DNA from: an uncultured virus (IMG/VR IMGVR_UViG_3300028569_000012)
Lineage: Duplodnaviria > Heunggongvirae > Uroviricota > Caudoviricetes
Virus record (IMG/VR): IMGVR_UViG_3300028569_000012
Direction: 5' to 3' (one strand)
DNA length: 62,769 nt
Shown: piece after piece, positions 38,871-49,806 of the stretch
How the letters are laid out: each line of letters begins with the position of its first letter
Position numbering within the stretch: the stretch's first letter is position 1
Notes under the pieces: generated by a model
Seen by the model: the letters and a program-made list of their open reading frames with translations, nothing else
Databases searched by the model: none
Told to the model about the DNA's origin: nothing
Position numbers and translations under genes: made by a program

Positions 38871-40577
38871 ATGGAAAATGTAAAACCATTCGATTGGATC
38901 AATGAAGAATCAATCGTATTTCTTCGTCGTGGATATTTGAGCGAAGGTGAAAACCCCACCGAAAGAGTTAGAGTCATTGCTGACCATGCAGAGAAAATTT
39001 TGGGAATCGAAGGATTTGCCGACAAGTTTTATGACTACATGGGCAGAGGATGGTATTCACTATCGTCACCTGTTTGGGCAAACTTCGGTAAGAAAAGGGG
39101 ATTACCAGTAAGTTGTTTCGGATCGAACATCGGAGATAACATTGAATCAATCTTATACACTCAGGCAGAGGTCGGAGAGATGAGTAAGATGGGTGGTGGT
39201 ACCTCAGGTTACTTTGGTAACATTCGTGGTCGTGGCGCGACAATTACGGACAACGGACACGCACCCGGTTCAGTTCATTTTATGAACTTGTTTCAGAGTG
39301 TTGTCGATAACATTTCACAAGGGTCAACTCGTAGAGGAAGATTCTCACCGTACTTACCTTTAGAACATCCAGATATTATGGAGTTCTTGGAAATTGGTAC
39401 TGAAGGATTCCCGATTCAAGATTTGACACATGCTGTCACCGTGACTGACGAATTTATGGAAGCGATGGTGGAAGGTGATAAAAAGAAAAGAGCTATATGG
39501 GCTAAAGTAATTCAACGTAGAGGTGAGATTGGATATCCCTATATCATGTTCTCTGACACCGTGAATAATAAAGCACCTGAAGTTTACAAGGATAAGGATA
39601 TGAAAATTTATAACTCTAATCTTTGTTCTGAGATCGCTTTACACAACTCTGAAGAAGAATCTTTTGTGTGTGTATTATCATCTATGAATCTATTACATTA
39701 CGATGAGTGGAAGAACACTGACGCAATTCAAACAATGGTATACTTCTTAGATACTGTTGTTACGGAATTCATCGATAAGATCGATAGTTTGAGACACGAC
39801 GGATCTATCGAAGGACGAAGAGCATTCTTTTACTTAGAAAAAGCTTATAACTTTGCTACAAGACAAAGAGCATTAGGACTTGGAGTTTTAGGTTGGCACT
39901 CATTCCTACAATCCAAGAATCTACCCTTTGATAGTAAAGATACTGCACGTTTGAATGTTGAAGTTTTCAAACTCATAAAAGAACAATCATACAAGGCTTC
40001 TGAAGAATTAGCCGAGATGTTCGGAGAACCTGAACATTTGGTTGGTTATGGAAGAAGAAATGTTACTCTAAATGCAATAGCACCAACGACATCTTCGGCA
40101 TTTATTTTGGGTCAAGTATCTCAATCTATTGAACCAATTTGGTCAAATGCATATGTAAAAGATGTTGCTAAGATGAAGGTTACTATCAAGAATCCTGTTC
40201 TTAAAAAATTACTAAATGATTTAGGTAAGGACAACAAAGAGATTTGGAATACTATCAAAAAATTTGATGGATCAGTCCAACACTTGGATTTCTTAACAAA
40301 CGAACAAAAAGATGTTTTTAGAACTTTCGCTGAAATCAATCAGTCATCAATTATCAACCAAGCTGCGGTACGACAGGATTATATCGATCAGGCACAATCT
40401 CTGAATCTTATGATTTCACCCGATATGCCGACAAAAGACGTAAACAAATTGTTGATTGACGCATGGAAGTTAGGTGTCAAGACCTTGTACTATCAACACT
40501 CAATGAATTCAGCACAGGCTTTCGGAAGAAAGAAACTTAACTTGAATGACCTTGAATGCGTGGCTTGTCAGGCATAG
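38871..40577 (+). CDS. nrdA: Ribonucleotide reductase alpha subunit, short, without ATP-cone
   Basis: PVSCF, GGGT, SNLCSEI, RALGLG, AIAPT, DQAQSLN, KTLYY and a C-terminal CVAC. Confidence 0.95.
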   Translation: MENVKPFDWINEESIVFLRRGYLSEGENPTERVRVIADHAEKILGIEGFADKFYDYMGRGWYSLSSPVWANFGKKRGLPVSCFGSNIGDNIESILYTQAEVGEMSKMGGGTSGYFGNIRGRGATITDNGHAPGSVHFMNLFQSVVDNISQGSTRRGRFSPYLPLEHPDIMEFLEIGTEGFPIQDLTHAVTVTDEFMEAMVEGDKKKRAIWAKVIQRRGEIGYPYIMFSDTVNNKAPEVYKDKDMKIYNSNLCSEIALHNSEEESFVCVLSSMNLLHYDEWKNTDAIQTMVYFLDTVVTEFIDKIDSLRHDGSIEGRRAFFYLEKAYNFATRQRALGLGVLGWHSFLQSKNLPFDSKDTARLNVEVFKLIKEQSYKASEELAEMFGEPEHLVGYGRRNVTLNAIAPTTSSAFILGQVSQSIEPIWSNAYVKDVAKMKVTIKNPVLKKLLNDLGKDNKEIWNTIKKFDGSVQHLDFLTNEQKDVFRTFAEINQSSIINQAAVRQDYIDQAQSLNLMISPDMPTKDVNKLLIDAWKLGVKTLYYQHSMNSAQAFGRKKLNLNDLECVACQA

Positions 40578-40603
40578 TGTAGAAATAATCACAATAATGA
40601 ATG

Positions 40604-40637
40604 AAAAACCCCGACAATAAACTGTTGGGGTTTTTTT
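40604..40637 (+). terminator. Rho-independent terminator, possibly bidirectional
   Basis: AAAAACCCCGACA-ATAAAC-TGTTGGGGTTTTTTT. Confidence 0.8.
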
Positions 40638-40662
40638 ATGTCTTAAAAAAAATATTGAAGTA

Positions 40663-40669
40663 TATTTAT
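40663..40669 (+). promoter_or_regulatory. TATTTAT putative late promoter motif
   Basis: Lies just after the nrdA terminator, 5 nt before ATG 40675. Confidence 0.5.
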
Positions 40670-40674
40670 GAATT

Positions 40675-41136
40675 ATGGCAAACGGCAGAACATATGGATT
40701 GACATTTCCCTTTGTAGATTCATTTGATGGAAAATACTTAGATTTAACGGATTATACCGCTGAGGAGATCAGAAGTAACCTTATCCATTTATTGTTGACT
40801 CGGAAGGGTTCAAGATATTTCTTACCAGATTTCGGAACGAGATTATTGGAATATATTTTTGAACCTTTAGACGGCCCGACATTTCAGAGTATCGAAGCTG
40901 AAATTAGAGATTCAGTGACCAAATATATGCCACAATTACAACTTACAAGTATAAACATTACAGCACCTGAGGATGCACCAGCTGGTTTGACCGCTAACAC
41001 TGCTGGTGGAGTGGTAGATCCTGACCTCAGGACATACAATTCTGACGTAGCTGATTATACCGCAACAGTCCGTATCGATTATGCCATATCGAACGATGTA
41101 TTCAACACTAAAGATTTTATTATTCTAAATATTTAA
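40675..41136 (+). CDS. Baseplate wedge/sheath initiator (gp25-like)
   Basis: IRSNLIHLLLTRKGSRYFLPDFGTRLLEYIFEP is the gp25 signature. Confidence 0.9.
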   Translation: MANGRTYGLTFPFVDSFDGKYLDLTDYTAEEIRSNLIHLLLTRKGSRYFLPDFGTRLLEYIFEPLDGPTFQSIEAEIRDSVTKYMPQLQLTSINITAPEDAPAGLTANTAGGVVDPDLRTYNSDVADYTATVRIDYAISNDVFNTKDFIILNI

Positions 41137-41140
41137 AAGT

Positions 41141-42982
41141 ATGGCTGAAAGAAGAATATCCTATACAGTACGAGATTTTGCGGCAATCCGACAAGAACTT
41201 GTCAATTATACACAAACTTTTTATCCTGAACTTATTGATAACTTCAATGATGCTTCAGTATACTCTGTTTTTTTGGATTTGAACGCGGCAGTAGCTGACA
41301 ATCTACACTATCATATCGATAGGAGTATTCAAGAGACCGTTCTTCAGTATGCCCAACAACGTTCATCGATTTATAACATAGCTCGGACTTATGGTCTGAA
41401 AATACCAGGTCAGAGACCTTCAATATCTTTAGTGGATTTTTCCATCACAGTTCCTGCCTTTGGTGATAAAGAAGATGAGAGGTATTTGGGTATTTTACGT
41501 AGAGGTAGTCAAGTAGTTGGATCAGGACAAATATTTGAAAGTATAGATGATATAAACTTTGCATCTCCCTTCAATCAAGATGGTTTTCCTAATAGATTAA
41601 AAATCCCAAACTTTGACCAAAATGGTAATCTTTTAAATTACACTATTACTAAAAGAGAGACGGTGGTAAATGGTATCACAAAGGTATTCAAGAGAGTTAT
41701 TACACCAAATGATGTCAGACCATTTTTTGAGTTCTTTTTACCTGAAAAAAATGTATTGGGGGTTACGTCTATTATTCAAAGAGATGGTACTTCATATTCC
41801 AACATTCCAAGTTCACAAGAATTCTTAGGTGCTGCAGGACGAATATACGAAGTACCAGCGTTGGCTGATGACAGAGTGTTTATTGAAGATCCAACTAAGC
41901 CATCAGATGACCCAGCAATCAAGGTCGGGAGATACATTCAAACACAGGAAAGATTTGTAACAGAATATACACCCGAGGGATTCTTAAAAATAACCTTTGG
42001 GGGTGGAACAAACACCGCTGAGGATCAATTAAGGGAGTTCACGGCTTTAGACGTGCCGTTGAAGATTCAGAGATTCCAAAATAACATGATGTCTTTAGGT
42101 TCTACACTAAAAGCCAACACCACTATTTTTATACAATATAGAATAGGTGGTGGTCTTGGAACCAACTTAGGGGTCAATGTTATCAACCAAATAGGGGCTG
42201 TAGACTTCTTTGTAAATGGTCCATCTGATATTATCAATACATCGGTAATAAATTCCTTGACTTGTAATAACCTTACCGCCGCTATCGGTGGTGCAGGATA
42301 TCCATCAACAGAAGAAGTAAGAAACTTTGTTACTTTCAACTTCGCGGCTCAGAACAGAGCAGTCACGATAAATGATTATGAGGCTATTATAAGAAATATG
42401 CCTGGTCAGTTCGGAGCTCCCGCGAAGGTTTCAATTACAGAAAATAACAACAAAATTATTATCAACGTATTATCTTATGATTCTTTAGGTAATCTGACAC
42501 CCGAAGTTTCACAAACAATGAAACAAAATTTAGCAGAATATTTGTCGAATTATCGTATGATAAATGACTATGTTCAGATCGGTAGTGCTCAGGTAATCGA
42601 TTTGGCGGTTGATATTCAAGTTGTGTTAGATGCGACACAGAATCAAGGTGCCGTAATATCAAATGTGATAGATAGAATTACTACGTTTTTTAGTCCTACT
42701 TTACGAGGATTAGGCGAGGATATTTTAGTATCAGAGTTGAACAGGATTATTCAATCAGAAAACGGAATCATTAGTGTTGGTGAAATTTCAATATTCAATA
42801 AAGTCGGAGGACAGTACAGTTCAGCACAAACATCGATGATTTATTCAGATCCAATAACACGAAAAATTGGGTTGGTTGATAATACAATCTTCGCAGAACC
42901 GAATCAAATTTACCAAATCAGATTCCCAGCTAAGGACATTACAGTTAGAGTCAAAAACTTCCAAACGGTAAACTTCTCCTGA
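41141..42982 (+). CDS. Baseplate wedge subunit (gp6/baseplate J-like)
   Basis: RDFAAIRQEL, AQQRSSIYNIARTYG, QYRIGGGLGTN and AQNRAVTINDY. Confidence 0.88.
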   Translation: MAERRISYTVRDFAAIRQELVNYTQTFYPELIDNFNDASVYSVFLDLNAAVADNLHYHIDRSIQETVLQYAQQRSSIYNIARTYGLKIPGQRPSISLVDFSITVPAFGDKEDERYLGILRRGSQVVGSGQIFESIDDINFASPFNQDGFPNRLKIPNFDQNGNLLNYTITKRETVVNGITKVFKRVITPNDVRPFFEFFLPEKNVLGVTSIIQRDGTSYSNIPSSQEFLGAAGRIYEVPALADDRVFIEDPTKPSDDPAIKVGRYIQTQERFVTEYTPEGFLKITFGGGTNTAEDQLREFTALDVPLKIQRFQNNMMSLGSTLKANTTIFIQYRIGGGLGTNLGVNVINQIGAVDFFVNGPSDIINTSVINSLTCNNLTAAIGGAGYPSTEEVRNFVTFNFAAQNRAVTINDYEAIIRNMPGQFGAPAKVSITENNNKIIINVLSYDSLGNLTPEVSQTMKQNLAEYLSNYRMINDYVQIGSAQVIDLAVDIQVVLDATQNQGAVISNVIDRITTFFSPTLRGLGEDILVSELNRIIQSENGIISVGEISIFNKVGGQYSSAQTSMIYSDPITRKIGLVDNTIFAEPNQIYQIRFPAKDITVRVKNFQTVNFS

Positions 42983-43032
42983 TATATATTTTTCTTGATA
43001 TTTCATTACTTTTAATAAAATAGCTAATAAAC

Positions 43033-43039
43033 TATTTAT
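43033..43039 (+). promoter_or_regulatory. TATTTAT putative late promoter motif
   Basis: 18 nt upstream of ATG 43058. Confidence 0.55.
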
Positions 43040-43057
43040 CTAAGAAAGTATTTTTTA

Positions 43058-46000
43058 ATGTCAAAATCATATAGGTTACCCACACAGATCGGAGTTGATA
43101 GACAAATTAACATTGAGTTAGAACAAGATTTTGAACAAATCGAAATTTTATCACTTAAGGTTAGGAGTGAAGAAGTTTACACAAGGATGTGTGCTGACTA
43201 CGGTGTTGTCGTTGGTCGTGTTTTTTCAAACGGTGGTTATGGTATCCCAAACGCTCGTGTCTCAATATTTGTACCTATAACTGAGGAAGATTTAAACAAT
43301 GAAATAATTAGGGACTTGTATCCTTATTCTCGAGTAGAGGACGTAAATTCAGATGGTTATAGATACAATCTCTTACCCTACGAACAAAGTCACCAAGGAC
43401 ACACCCCTACTGGAACATTCCCGAGTAAAGAAGACATTCTTACCAATCCGGCACTTATACAAGTATATGACAAATATTACAAGTATACCGTCAAAACAAA
43501 TGGTAGTGGTGATTTTATGATTATGGGTGTGCCGATTGGTACACACACATTGGTTATGGATCTTGATCTTTCAGATATGGGACCTTTTTCTATGGGACCA
43601 CAAGATTTGATTAGAATTGGTAGAGCAACCGCAGATCAATTTAATGGTGCGGATTTTCAAAGTTCACCCGATTTGACAACATTACCACAAATTGTTAGCC
43701 TTTCACAATCTATAGAAGTATCACCCTTTTGGGGTCAACCTGAAGTTTGTCAAATTGCAATTGTTCGTCATGATTTTGATTTAGGTCAGGTCGGTGTTTC
43801 GATACAACCCACCGCTTTATTTATGGGATCCTTAGTCTCAAATATTGACGACAGGGCAATTGCGAGTGGTTGTAGACCACCTACAGAAATGGGTGATCTA
43901 TGTAATCTTATCACCAACGAAGGGGAAATTATAGCGATTAGACAGACGATATTTCAAGACTCTGATGGTTTACCTATATTGGAAGCTGCAAATTTTGATC
44001 AAGGTGGAAAGGTAATCGACGAAGATGGTACATGGCTTTTAGAAGTTCCGATGAACTTGGACTATGTAACAACCAATGAATTCGGAGAACAGGTGTTGAG
44101 TCAAGATCCTTCAGTTGGAGTTCCAACTAAGGGAAAATATAGATTCAAAATCAAATATGGACAATCACCTAGTTTGGAGCTGAACGAGACAAGAAGAGCC
44201 TACTTTTTGGTTCCAAACATTAAAGAATATGGATGGGTGAATTCTAATGATGATCCATTTTATGATTTAAGCACTAACACAGATGATTATAAAAAACTTA
44301 TCGGTTCATATTATTTCGGATTAGATTGGAGTGGATATACCAACTCACAAGATGCCATCGAATGTAAAGACACTTTCTATGAGTTTATGTATAATAAAGT
44401 GTATACCGTATCAGGTTTAGTTGATCAATATTTCAAAGGTCTGTCAAGGGGAAATTTCATCGGTATCAAAGAAATAACAGACCCTGGATGTGCATCTGAT
44501 AACAACAAGTTTCCAGCAACCGATGGTGTAAGAAATTTTGATTTATTATTTTTTGTTGTCAACTTTTTTATTGTATTACTTACTCCCGTTGTTGTTGCTC
44601 TCATTCCCATATTATCGTTTATTGCTCAGTTTTGGCCGATAGCTAAATTTGTAATAAATTTTTTCATAGTCAGTTGGTTATCATTTAATTTTGCAATAAA
44701 TATTCTTAATGGGGCTGCCGCATTCCCAGCCTTTGGATTAATGGCGTCATCATTTGCACAAGCGGCGGTATACGCGATCGCGATAGTTTTGTACTCAAAA
44801 TATGTCGCCCCCTTACTTACACAGTTTAGTTTCCGTCAGTTTAAGTTACCGATGTTGAGTTATCCTGATTGTGATGCTTGTGATTGTTCAATCGATGAAT
44901 TAGGTTTAGAATTTATAAATACTGTAAACTTATTTGGTGGTGGTTCGGTTTCTGAACAAAATATTGGTCCTTATACTGTCTATAATAGACAAAGTACGAC
45001 TCTTTTATTTCCTGCAAACGTTGGTGGTACTTGGTCATTTTTAAATGGAGATCCTACAAACACTGCACCCGCGGGTCTTGACCCTGATTTATATCCATCG
45101 GGTGGTAATCAGAATACACAAGAAAAGTTCGCAGCAGATATAAATGGGTTTAGATGGGCTTTAGCAGGATATCCTCTTGGATATCCACCACCAACTCAAA
45201 GACTTGTGGGAACACCGATGACAAAAGTCTTCAGTGTCAATAGTCTATTTTTCAATGCTGATACCACATTATCACAATCACTGAACCTTGCAAATATCCG
45301 TGAAAGATATTTTGAGGAGTCCAATATAGTTCAGACAACCGTATCAACAAATGGTTATTTATCACAACCCTTTACCGATAATTTGTTGGTATTACTTGTA
45401 CAACCTTCGAGTGATCTTCCAGCAGGTAGTCTTTTGACTTTTACAGATCCTGATACGATTGTAGATATCAACTTGTCGTCAACCACTATCAACCAATTTG
45501 GTAATTTTTCAATCACAGGGACCACACAACAAGGTGTTGTCACCAAATCCGTAAGTTATATAAAAACCGATGGAACCACAGGAACCTCCACAATTTATCT
45601 ATCGGGTAATACAACTGAAGATTTTTACCGACAAAAAGGTGGTATGGAATATCTACAGGTGATTACTGGATTGACACTATCGAACATTAATACCTTGGTG
45701 AGTAGTGGAAATTCACTATTAAGGAAATACTTTTTAGATAAACAACAGACTATCACTTACAGACAAAGTGACGGTGTGATAACCACTGTTACCCTGAATT
45801 CACTAGATAGTATAGGTAGTCAATATGATAATTATCAAATTGTATTTTTGAATAGGGGTGTCGACCCTTTCACTGCCCAACAGACTATTTCCTATGATTT
45901 ATCTAAGATCTTTGGATATACTTTAGGATCAAACACTGTTAGTGTCGTAGGTCAGTATTTTATGAACATACCGATACAACCCAATAGTGGTTCAGGTACA

Positions 46001-48082
46001 TGGTATACAAACTTCAAAACACCTGAAAGTCATCAGACAGCATATTCAGTATCCTCACTATACCATGCTCCTTATAATTTCACCGTAAAAAATAGCGAAT
46101 TTCAACCAATTATTTCTGATACCATAAGGTTCTATTCCTCATTGGATAAATCTCAACTGTCCTATATACCATATCTTGGTGATAAACCACTAAGTCATTT
46201 TATGAATGGTAATTACAACTCTGGTGGTTCTTTATCGGATGATGGTAACATCCACCAAAAGTTTAGATTCTTTAGCCCTGAGTATCAAGGTGTAATCGAG
46301 GGTGGATCATTTATGGGTCTCGATGGTTATGACACATCGGGAACATACGATGCGAGGTTATATACTCCGACATATCCTAACTTATTGAGTGTAAGTATTG
46401 TATTTGATAATGTGGAAAACAATCCCAAATTATTGATAAGATCCGATAGATTACCAACTTCAGATAACACTCAAATACCCGACAACAGTAACAACTCTTT
46501 TGCTTTATTTCAAAATGATAATTTCTCATTTTATTTTATTGAATCATTGGGAGCCAACGTTGAAGCTTTTGTAGTATCAGGACAATTTGGTTTGGGGGAA
46601 ATATCTGAATCGAGTGATACTGATAATAATTTGGATAGAGTAATATCGAGTTTTGGATGTAGTGGTATGGTACCACTTCCTTGTTATACAACAGATTCTG
46701 AGGGCAGACTTACAGTGTTGACTCCATGCCCCGATAATGAAAATCCTGTACGAGTTGCCGATGGTTGTTATAATTTCTTGGCTCCCGATAGTAATGGTAG
46801 CTACTTGAAAACGATTCCTTCTTCAGTACAAAATTATTTAGAATGGTCCCAAAGGTTTAGAGTCACCTTTGCGTTCTGTCGTGGTGTGTTCTCCCACGTG
46901 TTTGTAAACTCTTGGGTAAACGGCACTCTATATGCATTCCCGTTTAAGAATAGACCGTCTTTCGATAGTAATGGTGACCTAAAGGTTAGGAACGTAGTTA
47001 GCATTGGGGGTGTTCCTGTAAGTGTCAACTACACATTCTGCGCCGACACAATGGTCTTCGATGAAGAAACCAATAACTTTTATTATAGATCAAGTCCGTG
47101 GAACTCAACTACAAATACCTTCATTGGTAAAAAAGCTCCCGACAAGACTGGTGGTGGTATCATACCTGGGATTAACTTTGAGCCTCTGAATGAATATAAC
47201 TTATTGTTTCCAACAACTATTATGGACTTGGGTCCAAAATATATTTGGACAAAGGATGTTATTAAGACCCCTGATTACTATGGATATCAGATGGATAATA
47301 TGAATACATCAACTTGGAATGAAATTACCAATTTGGTTCAGATTTTTACTGTGTCGAGGTTGGTGAATATCACATTTATACAAAGTATATTTTCAACAGG
47401 TAATGCGGCGTTGGCATCATTTTTTAGTCGTAATAAAGAAAGGGTTGATGGCGATTATGCTCAAATGTTACAAATAAACTCTCAATATGGTGTTGAACCA
47501 TTCAATGAGGGTAATTATGTTGACGATCCTACAAATCCTGCTGATAACCCTATTTATGTATCTTCTGACACTTCAGGTAACCCTGTCTTTGGTATTTTCT
47601 ACAATTCTTTTCCAGATCAGAGAGATCTGATATCACCGAGAAGAATAAATAGAAATGATTCAGGACCGATTCTTTTAGCCGATTACTTGGGTACAAAATC
47701 ACAATTTGTTCCTTTTTATAATTGGCAAAACAAAGCTTATTCACCACCTTCCGCTACATCACAACCATCAATATTTGGTAACGATCAAAACTCTTGGCTC
47801 ACTACATATAGTGCGAATAGAGGTCAGAACATCTATAGCCAACAATATCAATCTTTAGATAGACTTAACTCACCATATTTCTTAGGTAATAACGGAATGA
47901 TAGAAAACAGATTGGGATATATATTTCAGAGAAATGCCGACGGAGATTATATTTCAGATAATTTAGGTGGTAACAATTTTTCCACATTGACCTCAGCACC
48001 TTGGTACTTTTATTTTGGTTTGAAAGTTGGATCAAGTGCTATGGATAAATTCAAACAGAAATACTTAGGAGTTGAGGAATGA
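43058..48082 (+). CDS. Giant putative virion protein with N-terminal prealbumin/carboxypeptidase-regulatory-like fold and internal hydrophobic helices
   Basis: VVVGRVFSNGGYGIPNARVSIF...TNGSGDFMIMGVPIG; about 90-aa hydrophobic stretch; baseplate context. Confidence 0.5.
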   Translation: MSKSYRLPTQIGVDRQINIELEQDFEQIEILSLKVRSEEVYTRMCADYGVVVGRVFSNGGYGIPNARVSIFVPITEEDLNNEIIRDLYPYSRVEDVNSDGYRYNLLPYEQSHQGHTPTGTFPSKEDILTNPALIQVYDKYYKYTVKTNGSGDFMIMGVPIGTHTLVMDLDLSDMGPFSMGPQDLIRIGRATADQFNGADFQSSPDLTTLPQIVSLSQSIEVSPFWGQPEVCQIAIVRHDFDLGQVGVSIQPTALFMGSLVSNIDDRAIASGCRPPTEMGDLCNLITNEGEIIAIRQTIFQDSDGLPILEAANFDQGGKVIDEDGTWLLEVPMNLDYVTTNEFGEQVLSQDPSVGVPTKGKYRFKIKYGQSPSLELNETRRAYFLVPNIKEYGWVNSNDDPFYDLSTNTDDYKKLIGSYYFGLDWSGYTNSQDAIECKDTFYEFMYNKVYTVSGLVDQYFKGLSRGNFIGIKEITDPGCASDNNKFPATDGVRNFDLLFFVVNFFIVLLTPVVVALIPILSFIAQFWPIAKFVINFFIVSWLSFNFAINILNGAAAFPAFGLMASSFAQAAVYAIAIVLYSKYVAPLLTQFSFRQFKLPMLSYPDCDACDCSIDELGLEFINTVNLFGGGSVSEQNIGPYTVYNRQSTTLLFPANVGGTWSFLNGDPTNTAPAGLDPDLYPSGGNQNTQEKFAADINGFRWALAGYPLGYPPPTQRLVGTPMTKVFSVNSLFFNADTTLSQSLNLANIRERYFEESNIVQTTVSTNGYLSQPFTDNLLVLLVQPSSDLPAGSLLTFTDPDTIVDINLSSTTINQFGNFSITGTTQQGVVTKSVSYIKTDGTTGTSTIYLSGNTTEDFYRQKGGMEYLQVITGLTLSNINTLVSSGNSLLRKYFLDKQQTITYRQSDGVITTVTLNSLDSIGSQYDNYQIVFLNRGVDPFTAQQTISYDLSKIFGYTLGSNTVSVVGQYFMNIPIQPNSGSGTWYTNFKTPESHQTAYSVSSLYHAPYNFTVKNSEFQPIISDTIRFYSSLDKSQLSYIPYLGDKPLSHFMNGNYNSGGSLSDDGNIHQKFRFFSPEYQGVIEGGSFMGLDGYDTSGTYDARLYTPTYPNLLSVSIVFDNVENNPKLLIRSDRLPTSDNTQIPDNSNNSFALFQNDNFSFYFIESLGANVEAFVVSGQFGLGEISESSDTDNNLDRVISSFGCSGMVPLPCYTTDSEGRLTVLTPCPDNENPVRVADGCYNFLAPDSNGSYLKTIPSSVQNYLEWSQRFRVTFAFCRGVFSHVFVNSWVNGTLYAFPFKNRPSFDSNGDLKVRNVVSIGGVPVSVNYTFCADTMVFDEETNNFYYRSSPWNSTTNTFIGKKAPDKTGGGIIPGINFEPLNEYNLLFPTTIMDLGPKYIWTKDVIKTPDYYGYQMDNMNTSTWNEITNLVQIFTVSRLVNITFIQSIFSTGNAALASFFSRNKERVDGDYAQMLQINSQYGVEPFNEGNYVDDPTNPADNPIYVSSDTSGNPVFGIFYNSFPDQRDLISPRRINRNDSGPILLADYLGTKSQFVPFYNWQNKAYSPPSATSQPSIFGNDQNSWLTTYSANRGQNIYSQQYQSLDRLNSPYFLGNNGMIENRLGYIFQRNADGDYISDNLGGNNFSTLTSAPWYFYFGLKVGSSAMDKFKQKYLGVEE

Positions 48083-49806
48083 GTGAGAATAATTACATAG
48101 TAATAAAACCTGATTTACAATATCAATCAGCTCCTGATAGTGACATCAGCATCAATACAGAGTTAAACCAAACTCAGTCGGAGTTAATTGATTATGACAG
48201 AACCGTTTCGGTAAATTTAGCAACATTATTTGATGCGGAAAGAAATAAGTCTACAACCTTTCGTCCAATCGTTAAGATATCCTATATCTATGATAATAAT
48301 TTGGTGGGAAAAACAGAGTATGAAAATTACTTAAACGACCTTTACTATGTAAACCCTGAAAAGTCTGTTCCACTATTGGGTGGGAACAATTCGTGGAGTG
48401 GTTTGCCCTCATACCAAGAATTCGAGTTTATCAGAACGGATGTAACAAATCCTCAGGTAAACTTTGTTACTAAGAGCGCTTCAAGTTATAATTGGAGTGT
48501 TGTCCTTTCATATCCTTATGAGAACGACTTTTTGGTTCCTATGAAATATTACTTTACTGATGGGTCTGCGTTACCCTCTTGGTTATCGGGTGATGGTATT
48601 CCGTTTTATATAAGTGCCGGTTCCGATAATGGTTTACCTATCCTTCAAATGAATTGCCCTGTAAAACATGGACTACAAGAGGCTGATTATGTTTTGTTAT
48701 CATTTGATTATAATGGGACTAATACGTTTCAAGTTTTTAGTTTAGGTAACGGTAATTTAGGTTCCGATGAATTTGTATTTAATCTTGTAAATGTTGGATA
48801 TACTGGTACAACATTTAATACAGGTAATGAGGGTGTATTCAAAAGGGTTACCGATATAAATAACTCGGGTGAAACCACTTCGATTTATTATGTAAGAAAA
48901 CACAGGGTTTTCACCAACCCTGATGATTCACAAATTATGAGAAATGGATTTGAGTCGAATCCCTTTTCTGACCGTGCAGAATATCAATTCTCATCACTCA
49001 CACCCAATAATGTTTCACGGGTCGCTAAGTGGCAAAGTTCCAATAATTATAATTTAACTTTTTCGAGGGACTTAGAAATTATCAATCAATTGGACAACAA
49101 CAAACGACCCTTGACTCAAATTTTTGCCACATTTCAAAATGTTGGTTATTTCGGGTGGTGGAACAAACTAAGAAGAGGTTGGGAATTCAATATGTTGCCA
49201 CAACAGACCAATCCGTGGTGGGACTCAACAAACGGAGATTCCTTGGAAACCAATTCAACATCGACTTACACAAGAAACATAGATGGATCAACAGTATGTG
49301 TTGATCCCCCGAGTTGTTATACATTCACGGTAAACCTCCCGAGGGTTAGTGGAGACACGATGTATGGTGATTGGTGTGAGTTCAATAATATAACTCAAGA
49401 GGAAAGGGTAATATCTCGGTATATGAATAAGATAACATATTATACTAAAGGATTCGATGTTAGTGATACACCCACTACAAACCCCAAAGGATATTATTAT
49501 CAAGTTTTTCATCCGATAACTTTAAGGGTGTTTTCAGATTATGTTGAGAACGCTGAAGAAGGATTTGTTTTGGATATACCTGGTTATTCTTTCTTTAGTA
49601 ATACCCAAAAACTTTGGTATTGGAAAGATCTATATCCCTACGGATTTATTGACACCAATAACAATGGTGTTGACTATCCTTTTTTGAACGAAGCTCATTA
49701 TCCATTTACCAATATCATTTTCAGGTTGTATCCCGAGGGAGCATCATTTGATATAAACGAAATTTATTCGGTCATCCCTGACCCCCTTATCGATGGCTGT
49801 GAATAA
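48079..49806 (+). CDS. Putative structural protein
   Basis: 575-aa beta-rich ORF overlapping both neighbours. Confidence 0.5.
   Translation: MSENNYIVIKPDLQYQSAPDSDISINTELNQTQSELIDYDRTVSVNLATLFDAERNKSTTFRPIVKISYIYDNNLVGKTEYENYLNDLYYVNPEKSVPLLGGNNSWSGLPSYQEFEFIRTDVTNPQVNFVTKSASSYNWSVVLSYPYENDFLVPMKYYFTDGSALPSWLSGDGIPFYISAGSDNGLPILQMNCPVKHGLQEADYVLLSFDYNGTNTFQVFSLGNGNLGSDEFVFNLVNVGYTGTTFNTGNEGVFKRVTDINNSGETTSIYYVRKHRVFTNPDDSQIMRNGFESNPFSDRAEYQFSSLTPNNVSRVAKWQSSNNYNLTFSRDLEIINQLDNNKRPLTQIFATFQNVGYFGWWNKLRRGWEFNMLPQQTNPWWDSTNGDSLETNSTSTYTRNIDGSTVCVDPPSCYTFTVNLPRVSGDTMYGDWCEFNNITQEERVISRYMNKITYYTKGFDVSDTPTTNPKGYYYQVFHPITLRVFSDYVENAEEGFVLDIPGYSFFSNTQKLWYWKDLYPYGFIDTNNNGVDYPFLNEAHYPFTNIIFRLYPEGASFDINEIYSVIPDPLIDGCE

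Noticed and set aside
2880..40577. Inteins or introns in polB, uvsX, dnaB or nrdA
   Set aside because: Motifs are contiguous, lengths are ordinary, and no intein or homing-endonuclease signatures were seen.
12362..42982. Bacterial contractile injection system (eCIS/T6SS/tailocin) interpretation
   Set aside because: Tail genes are interleaved with neck genes and a T4-like replisome, which indicates a phage.
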